Origin: Octopus sinensis
Taxonomy: Eukaryota
Direction: 5' to 3'
NCBI RefSeq assembly: GCF_006345805.1
Contig: NC_042998.1
Coordinates: forward strand, 205,406,001-205,470,000
DNA: 64,000 nt
Positions 36,793 to 50,109 of this stretch are shown here, piece by piece; the first letter of the stretch is position 1, and the number at the start of each line of letters is the position of its first letter. Made by a program: the position numbers and the translations under genes. The notes beneath the pieces were generated by a model. That model had not been told where the DNA came from, did not search any database, and worked only from the letters and a program-made list of their open reading frames with translations.

Positions 36793-38097
36793 ACAGGGTT
36801 GGACAGAGAGGTCGGACGTTTTTGAAAAATTCACAAAATCATTAATTTTAGCTGCAAACAAATTATATTGACATCAATGTGTTTGTATTGAATTAGCATT
36901 TGTTAAAATCAAGTGTAGAAAACAACATCCATCATGTGGTGTCCATTTTCATTGATGCCCTTTTGAAGGCATTCTTGGAAGTTGGCCTCCACTCTCTCCA
37001 ATACTGCTCTGTTGATTTAGGCAGCTTCCACGCGAATAGCTTCCTTCGAATCGTCCAATGTATGGGGCTTGTGTACATACGTATGTGCCTTGAGGCTTCC
37101 CCACAAGAAATAACCACACATAGACAAATCAGGGGACCAAGAGGGTCAGCAAACCTGGAAATGAGACGGTCACTAAAGAGGGGTGAAGAACGTCCTTTGA
37201 TGCTCTGGCTGTGTGGGTCGTCGCCTAATCCGGCTGAAACCACACACGTCGAAGAGGCAGACATTTTCGTCCTTATTCAGGCACAAAGAAGTTGTTTATC
37301 ATCTCGATGGAACGCTTGGAGTTCACAGTAACAACATTTCCATGTAAGGACCAATGACGGCAGCTTTCCCAACAGCACACCAGACCGTCACTTTCGGACT
37401 GTGCAGGGGTCTTTCGTGCAGTTCTCTCGGATTTTCAGGGGCCCAATAACAACAGTTCTGTTAATACACCGTTGAGATGGAAACGAGCTTCATCATTCGT
37501 TAACTAATAAAAGTTGTCATTTGTCTCAAAAATTGCTTCCACCCGACATGCGAAGTTAAGCCGCTCTGCATAGTCCCATAGTTTTAGCTGTTACCCAATG
37601 ACCAGTTTGTATGGGTGGAAATGCAGGTATTCATGCAAAATGCAACTTACTGACCGATTACCAATGCCAAGTCCATTGCAATGTCTCCGAGCAGAGCGAT
37701 TCGGACTCAAAGCTTGTCTGACACGTTCCACATTTTCCGGGGTCCGTACCGTTCGCGGCGCCTCCACCAGTCTCCTATTCATTAGTGTAGCTCTTGTACG
37801 AAGTGCATTCACCCAGCGTAAAATTGTGTTACGGGTGGGAACAGCCTGATTTCGGTGAATGCTGGGGTGGCGCTGAAACTCACGCTGAACTGCTGTGACA
37901 GTTTCGTTATTCTTTACGCAGCTGTCGTGGGCAAACACGCGATGCCCCGCCATCCACATCGCCACGGCTGCACCTGAGAAGAAAAGGAAAATGTTGGGAC
38001 ACTACGGACCGAAGGCTAACTGTTGGACATCTGTCCCTCCTACAGGGGCTGAGTAATAGCCATTTAAAAAATATCCGTTCTCTCTGCCCCACCCTGT
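36793..38097 (-). mobile_element. Tc1/mariner-superfamily transposon (DUF4817-type N-terminal HTH), decayed
   Basis: TIRs ACAGGGTTGGACAGAGAG / CTCTCTGCCCACCCTGT; ORF 37591-37965 TAVQREFQRH..PTRNTILRWV..SARR..LHFHPYK; WPPDLS..YFLWG motif in another frame. Confidence 0.85.
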
Positions 38098-38542
38098 ATT
38101 GTATTGTGTACGTATATATATGCCCCAGCATGGACACAGCTTTTACATGAAATATTTATACACAGACACACATACATACAGACAGACATACATACATACA
38201 TACATACATACATACATACATACATACACACATAGATACATACATACACACACACATATTTACATACATACACACATACATACACACATACATACATACA
38301 TACACACATACATACATACACACATACATACATACATACATACATACATACATACATACATACATACATACACACATACATACATACACACACACATACA
38401 TACATACAAACAAAAATATCCTGTTGTTGCTGTTGAAATTCCAAAGAAGGAGCTTTGGATCTGGGTTAGAAACCGGTTCTTTCTTTATTGGTAAAAAATT
38501 TTGGCATAAAACTGAACATTGACATACATACATTTATGCATA

Positions 38543-38742
38543 CGAGGTGGGGGGGTACTGAAAAGTTCCTGGCATTAAGGGAATCACGAAGGGTTTGGCT
38601 GGAGGCCCAACCTTCCAACTTCTGTGACTGGGCTTAGAAATACTGAAGGAGAGCCGCAATAAGTGAGTGAATAAAATCACTATTAACTGATCTTACTCTA
38701 TTTTCTTTTACCAAAAGCCAGGAACTATTCAGCACCCCATCT
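38543..38742. mobile_element. Mariner-type MITE
   Basis: TIRs GGGGTACTGAAAAGTTCCTGGC / GCCAGGAACTATTCAGCACCCC; TA on both sides. Confidence 0.75.
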
Positions 38743-38750
38743 TACATACG

Positions 38751-38791
<41 letters not shown>

Positions 38792-38856
38792 ATAATATAT
38801 GTATCATATATATATATATATATAATATATATATATTATGTATATATATGTATATA

Positions 38857-39250
38857 TCTCTCTATATATAAAACTGAGAATGTGTGTCTGTCTGTCTGTG
38901 TGTTTCCCTAAACTTGAGAACTACACAACCAATTTCATTCAAATTTTACACATGCCTCACTTAAGATCCGGGGAGTGTCATCGGCAAAAAATGTTTAACT
39001 TTTTCCCTAGGGCGACACAGCAATATCATATTTTCTCCACTATTTCAGTATTACGTGTTAAAAGTGAAACAAAAAACATCTCTCTATTGTAATGCAGACA
39101 TTCACTTTAATACTGAAACTATTAAAGTGAAAGTATTATATAACACGGATGAACCATTAACAGTGGTCATCCATTTTGCTAGAAGAAGATCCGCTATGGA
39201 CTTATATGCTCCACCACTGGTTTTCAATTCATATTAGCCAAATTAATATT
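38857..39250 (+). mobile_element. Helitron 5' fragment
   Basis: TCTCTCTATATATAAAACTGAG plus (TGTC)n start; no matching 3' CTAG end seen; right boundary approximate. Confidence 0.55.
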
Positions 39251-39463
39251 CAATTTTTCACCCTTATTATGTGTGTGATATATACACATATATACATGCA
39301 TGCATATATACACCCATACACACATACCGATAACTCCCCCCCACACCACACACACACAGGTGCAGCTGTGTGGTAACAAACTTGGTTCCAAAACACTTGG
39401 TCCTCAGTTCAGTCCCACTGTGTGGTAACTTGGCATGTGTCTTCTGTTACAGCATCATACCAG

Positions 39464-39685
39464 CCAGAGCTCGCTCTGGGCGACGTTTGGTCGACCGTCC
39501 ACAGCTACCAGCCCACAGTCGACAAGGAGAAATGAAAGTGTCACCTCTGGAGTTTGCAAATGACCATTATACAGATACCTAGCTGGACATAATAAATTTA
39601 GTGGAGGCAAAGACGCTATGGCGACCAGAGCTCGCTCTGGGCGACATTGGGGCGACTGTACACAGCTACCGGCCCACAGTCGACA
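39464..39685 (+). repeat. Two 61-bp structured direct repeats (about 90% identical, 161-bp period)
   Basis: CCAGAGCTCGCTCTGGGCGAC...CACAGCTACCRGCCCACAGTCGACA at 39464-39524 and 39625-39685. Confidence 0.9.
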
Positions 39686-39699
39686 CTATGGCATTAGTG

Positions 39700-40100
39700 T
39701 CACTATTACACACGGGTTGGGTTGGATTGGGTTGAAGGAATTTCCATTATATATTGAGAACTATAGCGCGAAGACAGCATAAAAAATACAACCCTTCCTC
39801 AATTGTTGGCAGATTTACCTACTCCGCATTGCGAGCAGTGGAACAAGATGCGTCTTCGTCAAAGTAATTGCTCCCCCAAATCAAATTAAATAAAATTTGA
39901 GATACGTGGAACGTCAAAGCTGCTAACAAAAGCAGGACAGTGAAAACATTCGGTAAGGGCTGTTTAACCCTAACGAGGTGAAGTGGTGAACGCTGGAGAA
40001 ATAAAGCTTTGTCAAGAGACAGACAAGAATGCGTGTCATAGTTATAAACTGAACGAGAAGAAAAAGAATTACATTTAGAAATATAGATCTATAATTATTG
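39700..40100 (+). mobile_element. Decayed RTE-like LINE 5' region (UTR plus APE start)
   Basis: Translation near 39895-39990 resembles the APE N-terminal TWNV and EVKW motifs. Confidence 0.45.
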
Positions 40101-40463
40101 AGGACAGAATTTGAGTTAGAAATAGGGAACTATAAATATTGTATTATGCATAAAGTGGTGGCTTACATTCGGGGCGACCAATTTCTCTCTAAAGTATAAG
40201 ATCGTCGCAAAATCATCGCACATGTCACCATCGATTACAAACACTGGTAGAAGATAAAAGTTCCAGAGGACATTCTTGTTCTTTCGTTTGTACAAAGATC
40301 GTATTATGTTTCGGCTTAAAATAAATTATAGATACAAATATAATGTATAGAAATATATAAAAACCAGAATAGAAAATAAACGTCTTAGGCATATAAAATG
40401 AGATAACATGAGATATGAAGGTGTTATAAACTTGAAACCTACTAGAATATCAGATTATATATA

Positions 40464-43049
40464 TCAAGTCATCCAATCAGTTCTGTCCAATTTTACCCTT
40501 TTTTTTAGATTTGAATGAAATTTAATAGTATTTTCAAATGTCTAATTCAATCAAAAATTATTTTTATGCATTTGTGTACGTTTAAACTAATTCAATATTG
40601 TTTTACAAAATAAGAGAGGGTGTCCACAAAGTCTGCGTACATGGGGATTAACGCATACTTTTAAAACAAACCAATTTTATTTAATTATAATGTTAATAAA
40701 TAATATTTTCAAAGTGATTTCCATCATTTTTCAATGCATAACTTGATGCGCCTTGCAAAATTCAGGTGAACTTGATTAAATAAGTCTACATTGCCATCAA
40801 TTTCAGCACACTGACTGGTAATGCGTTCTCTCACGTGTTTTAAATCTGTAATCTTTATTGTAATCTTTCTCTTTCAACATACCCCAGAAAAAGAAATCAA
40901 GGGGAGAAAGGTCTGGTGAACGAGGGGGACCTTTCCATATGAGCCCTTCTTCCAATCCAGTGAGGAAAAGTGTCATTAAGCCAATCTCTAACAGTTGTGG
41001 CAAAATGGGTAGGGGCCCCATCCTGCTGAAACCAATTCGGAAGGCCCTCGCCTAGGCGCTCAATTTGAGATATAATTTGTCTCTCAATATGTTACATAAG
41101 TCTCATCCGTTACATGTTCAATGAAGAAGGGTCCTAGAACATGAGCTTTCCACAAACCACACCACACCATCACCTTTTTGCTGCCTTGCTGTTTGGATGG
41201 ATTCATCCAATGTGGATTACCTCGAGACCAGTATAGAAAATTCTGTCTGTTGACCTCACCATTTACATAAAACGTAGCTTTGTCACTGAACAACAAAGTT
41301 TTTCGTAAAATTGATATTTTCATCCAATTTATCTGAAAACCATTCGCACGTCTACATTTGTCTATTAGGGTCGTCTTCATTTAAGTGATGCAATATCTGT
41401 AGGTTGTATCGATGAAACTTTTCCTCAACCAGCATTTTGTGGATGGTTGGTTTTGGAACACCTAACACCGTGGATGTCCGACAAAGTGATTTCTTTGGGC
41501 TAGCAGAAATTTTATCCATGACAGCCTCTTTCGTTTCATCTGAAGTCTTTGGTCGCCCGGAACGGGATTTATCCAAAACACTGCCTGTTTCTTTAAATTT
41601 CTTGATCAATTTTCCGACGGCAGTAAAAAAAATAGGTTACCTATAAGGGTGTCGAAGATTAAATTCTTCAGCAATTCTGCGATAAGACCATCCCTCTCGT
41701 TCACTTAATAATACTAACTTGATTCTTTCTTCTTTAGACAGATCCATCATTCGATCTGGGATTCTTTCTTCTTTAGACAGAGCCATCATTCGATCATCTG
41801 TAGAAAAAATAACAAATAAATTTAGAAAAGTAAAGTATTTTTTTTTATTTAATTTAAACAAAAATAAAAAATGAAAATTATTATTTCTTATATTTATTTG
41901 TTTATGTTATGATTTTATTCCATCTACCCAGACTTCGTGGACACCCTAAAATTGCTTTCATTAAAACCCTTTCAACATGGAAGTATCCAAGAAACATTTA
42001 AGGCACATATAATTCTTTATGAGTACAATAAAGGTAACTCTGCAGCCGAAGTGACTCGAAACATACACTCAGTTTATGGGAAAGTGCTTGAATGAAAGAA
42101 CTTGCAGGAGATCGTTTGCAAAATTGAAGATGAAGATCGAATAGGATGTCCAGTTGAGTTTGATGATAAGCTCCTTGAGGCATTATTTGAAGAACATCCG
42201 TCATTATCAGTTGAAGAATTGGCAATAAAGCTTACTTCAAACCATATAACAGTTCATCATCATCTTCAACAACGTGGAAAGTTTCCTAAACTTGGAAAAT
42301 AGGTGCCTCATGTATTGTCCGAAAGCAACCGCAAATCCCGAATTGACATCTGCTCTTCTCTCCATTCTCGCAAACTCATTTCACCCTTATTCGATAGACT
42401 TGTGATGAAAAATGGATTTTCTATCGAAATGTTAAACGTCGTAAACAGTGGCTTGGTAAAAGGAAAAATGCTCAACCACAACCGAGAAGGGAACTTCATG
42501 GGGAAAAGGTTCTACTCTATCTGGTGCGAATGCAAAGGCATAATTCACTTTATATCGTTACCACCTAATGCAACAATCAATGCTCAAGTCTACTGTCAGC
42601 AATTAGAGCGTTTGAACCAAGCTTTGAAGGAAAAAAGAGCCGCTTTAGTGAGTCGAAAACGAGTGATGTTTCATCAGGACAATGCGCAACTCCACATTGC
42701 AAAGATCACATCACAGAAGATCGAAGAGGTCGGTTTGGAAAAATTTCTTCATCCAACTTATTCTCCCGACCTTACTCCTTCAGGATACCATTTGTTTCAT
42801 AGTTTACAGAATTATTAGGGGGACACAACTTTCGCAAGCCAGGAGGAGGTCGAACCTGACATTTCAGAGTTCTTTGCTTTGAAACCAAAAGAGTTTTACA
42901 TTGATGGGATTAAAAAGCTTGTAAATAGATGGAAGTAAGTCATAGATAATCAGGGAAAGTACATTGATCATTAACTTTCAATTAAATATAACATTTGTTC
43001 ACTTGGATTCTTTATCCAAAATTCGGACAGAACTTATGGGATGACCTGA
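40464..43049 (+). mobile_element. Mariner (DD34D-type) transposon interrupted by a nested Tc1-like element
   Basis: TIRs TCAAGTCATCCAATCAGTTCTGTCC (40464) / GGACAGAACTTATGGGATGACCTGA (to 43049); transposase remnants MEVSKKHLRHI, WVPHVL-like, FHQDNA, HPTYSPDLTPSGYHLFHSLQN. Confidence 0.9.
40615..41948 (-). mobile_element. Tc1/mariner-superfamily transposon (DUF4817-type), nested
   Basis: TIRs AGGGTGTCCACAAAGTCTG / CAGACTTCGTGGACACCCT; KFKETGSVLDKSRSGRPKT, FSDKATF, PPRSPDLSPLDFFFWG. Confidence 0.9.
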
Positions 43050-43808
43050 GATATATACACCGGCGAAAATATATTTAAGACCGACGATAAAAGTTCTATT
43101 TCTTACAAAATATTTTGTTACGAACACCATACAAATTATTTATATCTTTTACACCTTATGCAAAATTTATTTCTCTTTCGAATGATGCAAACAGCATGGC
43201 CGCAGTCAATAGACTGAAACAAGTAAAAGAGTAAAAGAGAGAGTAAAAGAGATGAATAAGTGACATATTTTCAAGAGGATTACCACGTTTAAACAAGAAA
43301 TGAAATTCATTGAAAGGTTAATTTTAGTTAATCATGCAAATAATAGCCAATGGAAATATTCCACTCTCTACTATAAAAAAATAACTTAAGATTACAGGTT
43401 TGTGCATAAGTATTCATTGGATCTAATGATCTAATTGGACCGTATTTTCAAAAAGCTTTTATATTCTAAAAAATTGTATTTTAAAGTTTAAGAAAATTAT
43501 AAGACGCTAAATATTTATGCTTACAACATACTAAAATGTCTGTAATTTTTTTATATAGGGGTGAATAAATGAATTCTTGTGTCTCTCCAATATCTAATTT
43601 TAAAATTAGTTGTACTCCCTATATAAATTTTCCTAAGTCCGGAGCGTTAAACTAATAAACCTGTTTGCTGTTTACACACCCGTCTTCGTCTTTTGTTCGT
43701 TTCTTTTGTAAATTCCAAATATATATGTATGTATGTGTGTGTGTGCATATATATATATATATTATATATATATATATAATATATATATATATATAATATA
43801 TATATATA

Positions 43809-43843
<35 letters not shown>

Positions 43844-43927
43844 TAATATATATATATGGATTTCGTAGACAGGAACTGAAATAAATCGATCGTATATATA
43901 TGTATGTATATATGTAAGTGTATGTGT

Positions 43928-46483
43928 TTTGGTATTGGCAACATGAATGACAATGGCCAGAGACTACTTGAATTTTGCACATACCATAAACCTGTGCATC
44001 ATTAACACATTCTTTGGCAGCAAGAAATCCCACAAGGCATCTTGGAGACATCCAAGATCTCAACCATTGGCATCAGCTGAATCTCATCATTACACGAAGA
44101 CCCTTTCTGAATTCTGTTCAACTGACTCGTAGTTACCACAGCGCGGATTGTGACACAGATCATTCACTAATAAGAAGCAGGGTGAGGATTCTGCCTAAAA
44201 AGTCCATCACTCCAAGAAAATGGGCCGACCACGCATTAACACTGCCAGAACCTCCGACCCTACACTGCGACAATGTTTTGCTGTCTCTATCAAAGTTGCC
44301 CTCAGTAGCTGCCCAACCACCACTGCTGAAAGTAGGTGGAATTATATCAGGGAAGCTTTGTTCTTCTATAAAGTCACTCGAAGAACTCAGAAAGGCAAGA
44401 AATAAAACCCAACTGACTGCCAGACGCTGTGTAAATAGGTATTGGCAGGAAATCTGTCAGAGTATCCAGTCAGCTGCTGACAGGGGCGACACCCGTGGGA
44501 TGTATGCTGGTTTGAAGAAGGCCCTCGGTCCATCCGCAACCAAGTCAGCCCCTCTGAAATCAACTACTGGGGATCTCATCAAGGACCAAAGCAAGCAAAT
44601 GGATAGATGGATGGAGTACTACTAGGATCTCTACTCACGAGAGACCACGGTAGCTGAGGCTGCAATCGAGGGTGTCAAGATCTTGCCAGTCATGTGTGAA
44701 CTTGACAGTCTGCCATCTATAGCAGAGCTCATCAAGGCTATTGACTCCCTAGCAAGTAACAAGGCTCCGGGAAAAGACGGCATCCCCTTAGAGATCATCA
44801 AAACCGGCAAAAACACCATCCTGCTTCGGCACATTCATGAGCTTCTGTGTCAGTGCTGGGAAGAGGGTACAGTCCCTCAGGATATGCGAGATGCTAACAT
44901 CATTACGCTTTACAAAAACAAAGGTGACCGTGGTGATTGTAACAATTACCGTGGAATATCTCTTCTAAGCACTGTTGGAAAGGCCTCTGCTCGCATTATC
45001 CTCTCCAGGCTGCAACTGCTTGCTTCTCGAATTTATCCAGAATCGTAATGTGGCTTTAGAAGAAGCAGATCAACAATTGACATGATATTCTCCATACACC
45101 AACTTCAGGAGAAGTCCAGAGAGCAGAAAATGCCATTATATATGACCTTCATTGATCTGACAAAGGCCTTTGACTTGGTAAGTAGAAAAGGCCTCTTCAT
45201 CCTGCTCCAAAAAATCGGATGTCCACCAAAGCTGCTGAGGATCATCAGATCTTTCCATGATGATATGCAAGGCACCATACTGCACAACGGTTCAACATTA
45301 GCCGCCTTCCAAATAAAAAGGTAAAGCAAGGTTGTGTCCTTGCTCCTACATTATTTGGCCTCTTCTTCTCGCTGCTACTGTCACATGCCTTGGAGACATC
45401 AGATGATGGAGTGTTTCTGCACAGTAGAAGTGATGGGAAACTGTTCAATCTCTCGCGTCTGCGTGCCAAGACCAAAACCAGAAGCGTCCTGATCAAGGAG
45501 ATGCTATTTGCTGATGATGCCGCTCTGGTATCACACACAGAAGAAGCCATACAAAGGCTCATCAACTGTTTTGAGCAAGCATGTGGCAACTTTGGCTTAT
45601 TTATCACCCTCAAGAAGACCAACATCATGGGTCAGGCTACATCGACCATCTCAAACATACATACTGGAGACCACAGACTACAGGAGGTGGAGAAGTTTAC
45701 CTATCTTGGCTCTACCGTCACCTACAACATATCCCTTGATACTGAGCTCAATATACGCATTGGCAAGGCAGCTGCTGTGATGGCCCAACTCTACAAACGG
45801 GCATAGGACAACAATAAGCTGACCAAGACCACAAAAATGAAGATTTACCAGGCATGTGTACTTAGCACTCTACTGTATGGAGGTGATACTTGGACACCAT
45901 ACACACGCCATACGTCGCCTAAATATCTTTCACCTGCGCTGCCTCCGGAAAATCCTTCGCATCAAATGGCAGAATCATGTCCCCAACAAAGATGTCCTCA
46001 AGCAAGCAGGAATACCAAGCGTGTTTACACTCCTCACACAAAGACGTATGAGATGGCTTCGACATGTTAGCCGTATGGAAGATGGCAGAATCCCCAAGGA
46101 CATACTCAACGGAGAGCTTGCTAGGAGCACTAGGTCTGTGGGAAGACCGTTCTTACGATACAAGGATGTTTGCAAAAGGGACATGAATGCCTGCAACATC
46201 AATATTACCAACTGGGAAGCAGTTGCCAGCAACCGTGGAGATTGGCGACGTACCGTAAAAGAGGGAACACAAAGGAGTGACATAGAGGGAGAGGAGAAAT
46301 GGAAAGACAAGAAAAGACGTCAACAAGAAAGTATGACATTACAACCAGCCAGGCAAAATCTTCGCTGCCAGAGGGAGTGTTTGTCCAGGATAGGACAACA
46401 CAGCCACAGCAGGAAATGTATTAGGACACGAAAGGTAAAAGCCGGACTAGATTATTTTATGCGCAACTCCAATATCTCCCGAG
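43928..46483 (+). mobile_element. RTE-BovB-type LINE, 5'-truncated, flanked by about 70-bp direct repeats
   Basis: GIGNMNDNGQRLLEFC, SADCDTDHSL, NYRGISLLS, FIDLTKAFDLV, LFADDAAL, RRMRWLRHVSRMEDGRIPKD. Confidence 0.95.
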
Positions 46484-46799
46484 ATATGGATTTCGTAGAC
46501 AGGAACTGAAACAAATCAATCGTATATATATGTATATATGTAAGTGTATGTGTGTGTCTTTGTATCTGTGTTTCGCCCTCATCACTGCTTCACAACTGCT
46601 GTTCATTTATTTACATCCACAAAACTTACTGGTTTCACAAGAACAAACTAATAGAATAAGTACTAGGCTTATCAACATAAAAAAGCACTAGGCTGTGTGT
46701 CATATTTTTGTTTGCCCACTCAGTTGTATCTATCAATTTATCTTTGTGTGTGTGTGTGTGTGTGTATCTATATCTATATCTATATCTATATCTATATCT

Positions 46800-48150
46800 A
46801 TCTATATATTTATTTATATTTAAGATCTTTAAATTTTAAATTTTAATATTTTATAAGTCGTATGGTATAATATTATTGTTTTTTTTATGTAAATATCGTT
46901 GTTTATCTAATTATCGTAATTTTCTATATAATTATTAGATATTAACTTTATTCGTAAGAATTTACTTAGCGATAGATATGTTGTTTGATAGCAAGTATAC
47001 GAGTTGTTTTAAGTTAGATTCATGTATATACATGTATTAATAGCATTAATTGTAGTTTTAAATTTTTTATAATTATTATTTTAACTTATATATTGTCATT
47101 TTAAATTGTTATTTGCTAGTTATATTATTCCCATTGATAAATATATTTATAGTATTTATTTGATACTATATAACTACGAATTGATTATTTCTTTAAGTAT
47201 TTTAAATATAAGATTTTTGAAAGTTATTATTTAGCCAACGAGGTATAGATAATTAATTTGCTATAGCGTTCGTTTAAGATTGTTTATTTCTATTTTTGAA
47301 ATTAGCTATTTCATCTTTAAATATGAAAAATTAATTTATTAGGTCTTTATTATATGTGCATATATATTTATTTATAGAGATTATTTTAGATCTTAATTAT
47401 AATATTTATATACATTTATATATTTTCATTGATAATTTATATATTATTTAAATTTTATATTTTAATAATATGAGTAGTCATTTTTTTGTAAAATATTTAT
47501 GTAATTAGATATTGACTATTACTGATATTAGATTATTGGTGGGTTTCTTACCTTAAAAATTAATACTTAAAAATTAAAATTAATATTTAACATTATAATT
47601 GTTGTTTTGACATAATCATAATCGTTAAGGTTCTAGTTTGATAATAGAGTTTTTTTATAAGAAAATTTATTATATTATTTATTTCTTTAAAAATATTGTT
47701 TAAATATTTCTGATTATTTATTAAAATATTACAATCAACCTCAAGATTGACTGTAACCATAATTCGAATTATTAATTGAATTTAAATTATTATTATTGTT
47801 ATTCGAATTGGTTACGGGCATGAAACGATCGTAGTGTTTTTACTCTTTATCTTATATTAAACTTTTAATACTTTTTGATAGTTTAAAATTAGAAAAAAAA
47901 TAAATAAAATAATAATAAAATAATAATAAATAAATAAATATATATATATATTTAAAATTTATAAGTTTAATTTATTAATTTAAATAATTAAAAAAAAATT
48001 TAACTTTAATTTAAATATTTTGATTGGATTTTTATATTTTATATTTTTTATATTTTTCAATTAATTTTATTTCTATGTATTGGCTTATGATTTTCACTGT
48101 TTGATTTGCCTAATAGTGTTTTATCTCTAATTTAATATATATATATATAT
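46800..48150 (+). repeat. Very AT-rich decayed repeat ending in a PLE-LTR-like unit with a degenerate hammerhead
   Basis: CTCAAGA...TGTAACCA/TGGTTACG stem...GAAACGATCGTA|GTG at about 47738-47836; homologous to 8085-8790. Confidence 0.5.
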
Positions 48151-49190
48151 AACACCCTAATGGGAGCCTTAACTCCCAAATTTTAGTAATTTCTTTTATG
48201 ATCCAAAACTAGGTCAAAAGTACTGAATGGATCTTTATGAAATTTGGAAATTATATTCTAGGCATAAGGGCCATAACCCCCATGACAGTTCATATATTTT
48301 TGCTGTTGATGAAATTTTAACCATAGATATTAGACACAAATGAAGTGATATTTATAAAATTTCATCTTCTTACAAAGTTAGAAAGACCCCTCCATGGGGA
48401 CTTAACACCCACAATTTTGTCATTTTATCTAAGCAAAAACAAATACAGTTGTGCTCTTGGAAGCTGTAGGGTTACGCGAGCATAAAAGTTGGGCATTATT
48501 TCTAATTCAATGGTACAACAGTGTAACAGTTGCTTTGACATACACTTACATTGTGATTTCTGCAATGTGGTGCATAAATTGTTAAGTAAATGAGAGGCAT
48601 CTTTGTCTCCACTGATTCAGTTGCAAAGTGTTGATTAAAGTTATATGATTGCAGACCTCCTTTAAGTCTTTTTATTATCACTCGGTCACACATAGTCCCC
48701 AGATGGTAACATTGATTACAAGGCCTTCCCAGATGAGTGACTGGTTATTCAAAGACTGGTTATTCATTCTGTCCAGTTAGGTATCAGTATAGTGGTCATT
48801 TGCAAACTCCAGAGGTGACACTTTAATTTCTCCTAAGCCCTCACGTTACACAGTTGTTAATGTTGATTTTAGTTGGGTCACGCCCTTCCAATTGCTATAG
48901 ATTCGTAATGCATCTTACGGCTGTGCCTGTCACCTGGATGGTGAGGAATCCTACATTGGGAGTGGTAATGACTAGGGTAGGTTAACTGACTGCTTATTGT
49001 GATCATTCGTCTTTTGGTTTCCATGTGGCACGATTACAATTTTTTTAGGGTGTGTAAAGAGAGAAATAACCCTCATCTGCAATTTTGATGAAATTTGAAA
49101 CATTGATATTCCAGTTCATTCAGAAAATATAACAGAAAAGTCTAATTCTTCAATTGAATGTAACCGGGCAACGCCGGGTATCTCTGCTAG
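48150..49190 (+). mobile_element. Helitron-like element, 3' end clear and 5' end uncertain
   Basis: ACCGGGCAACGCCGGGTATCTCTGCTAG|T ends at 49190. Confidence 0.55.
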
Positions 49191-49192
49191 TA

Positions 49193-49240
<48 letters not shown>

Positions 49241-49243
49241 GTA

Positions 49244-49306
<63 letters not shown>

Positions 49307-49309
<3 letters not shown>

Positions 49310-49611
49310 CACACTCATTATATATATAGGGAGAATTTACGAAAAAGACAAAAGACGAAGACAGGTGGTGTAGAAAACAAACAGATGTATTAGTATAACG
49401 CTCGGGAATACGACTGGTTTCTTTCAGTTTCCATCTACCAAATCCACTCACAAGGCTTTAGTCGGCCCGAGTCTATAGTAGAAGACACTTGCCCAAGATG
49501 TGTGCGTGTGTGTGTGTGTAGATACATACATGAATACATGCATATATATTCATTTATATACTCATATATATATATATTATATATATATATATGTATACAT
49601 GTATATATATA

Positions 49612-49680
<69 letters not shown>

Positions 49681-50020
49681 TGTGTGTGTGTGTGTGTGTA
49701 TACACACTCATATATATATATAGGGAGAATTTACGAAAAAGACAAAAGACGAAGACAGGTGGTGTAGAAAACAAACAGATGTATTAGTATAACGCTCGGG
49801 AATACGACGGGTTTCTTTCAGTTTCCATCTACCAAATCCACTCACAAGGCTTTAGTCGGCCCGAGTCTATAGTAGAAGACACTTGCCCAAGATGTGTGCG
49901 TGTGTGTGTGTGTGTGTGTAGATACATACATGAATACATGCATATATATTCATTTATATACTCATATATATATATATATGTATACATGTATATATATATG
50001 TGTGTGTGTGTGTATACACA

Positions 50021-50025
<5 letters not shown>
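49307..50025. repeat. Near-identical tandem duplication (393-bp offset)
   Basis: 49327-49565 is repeated at about 49722-49965 with one substitution outside the microsatellites. Confidence 0.9.
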
Positions 50026-50056
<31 letters not shown>

Positions 50057-50109
50057 GTGTGTGTGTGTGTGTGTGTGTGCATATATATATATATATATAT
50101 GTAAGATGA

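Noticed and set aside
46800-47780. NUMT or bisulfite-like converted sequence
   Set aside because: No mitochondrial gene motif recognised, and many non-CpG cytosines remain
48695-48740. EF-hand-like peptide PDGNIDYKAF
   Set aside because: Stop codon a few residues later, no flanking helices or splice sites; likely chance
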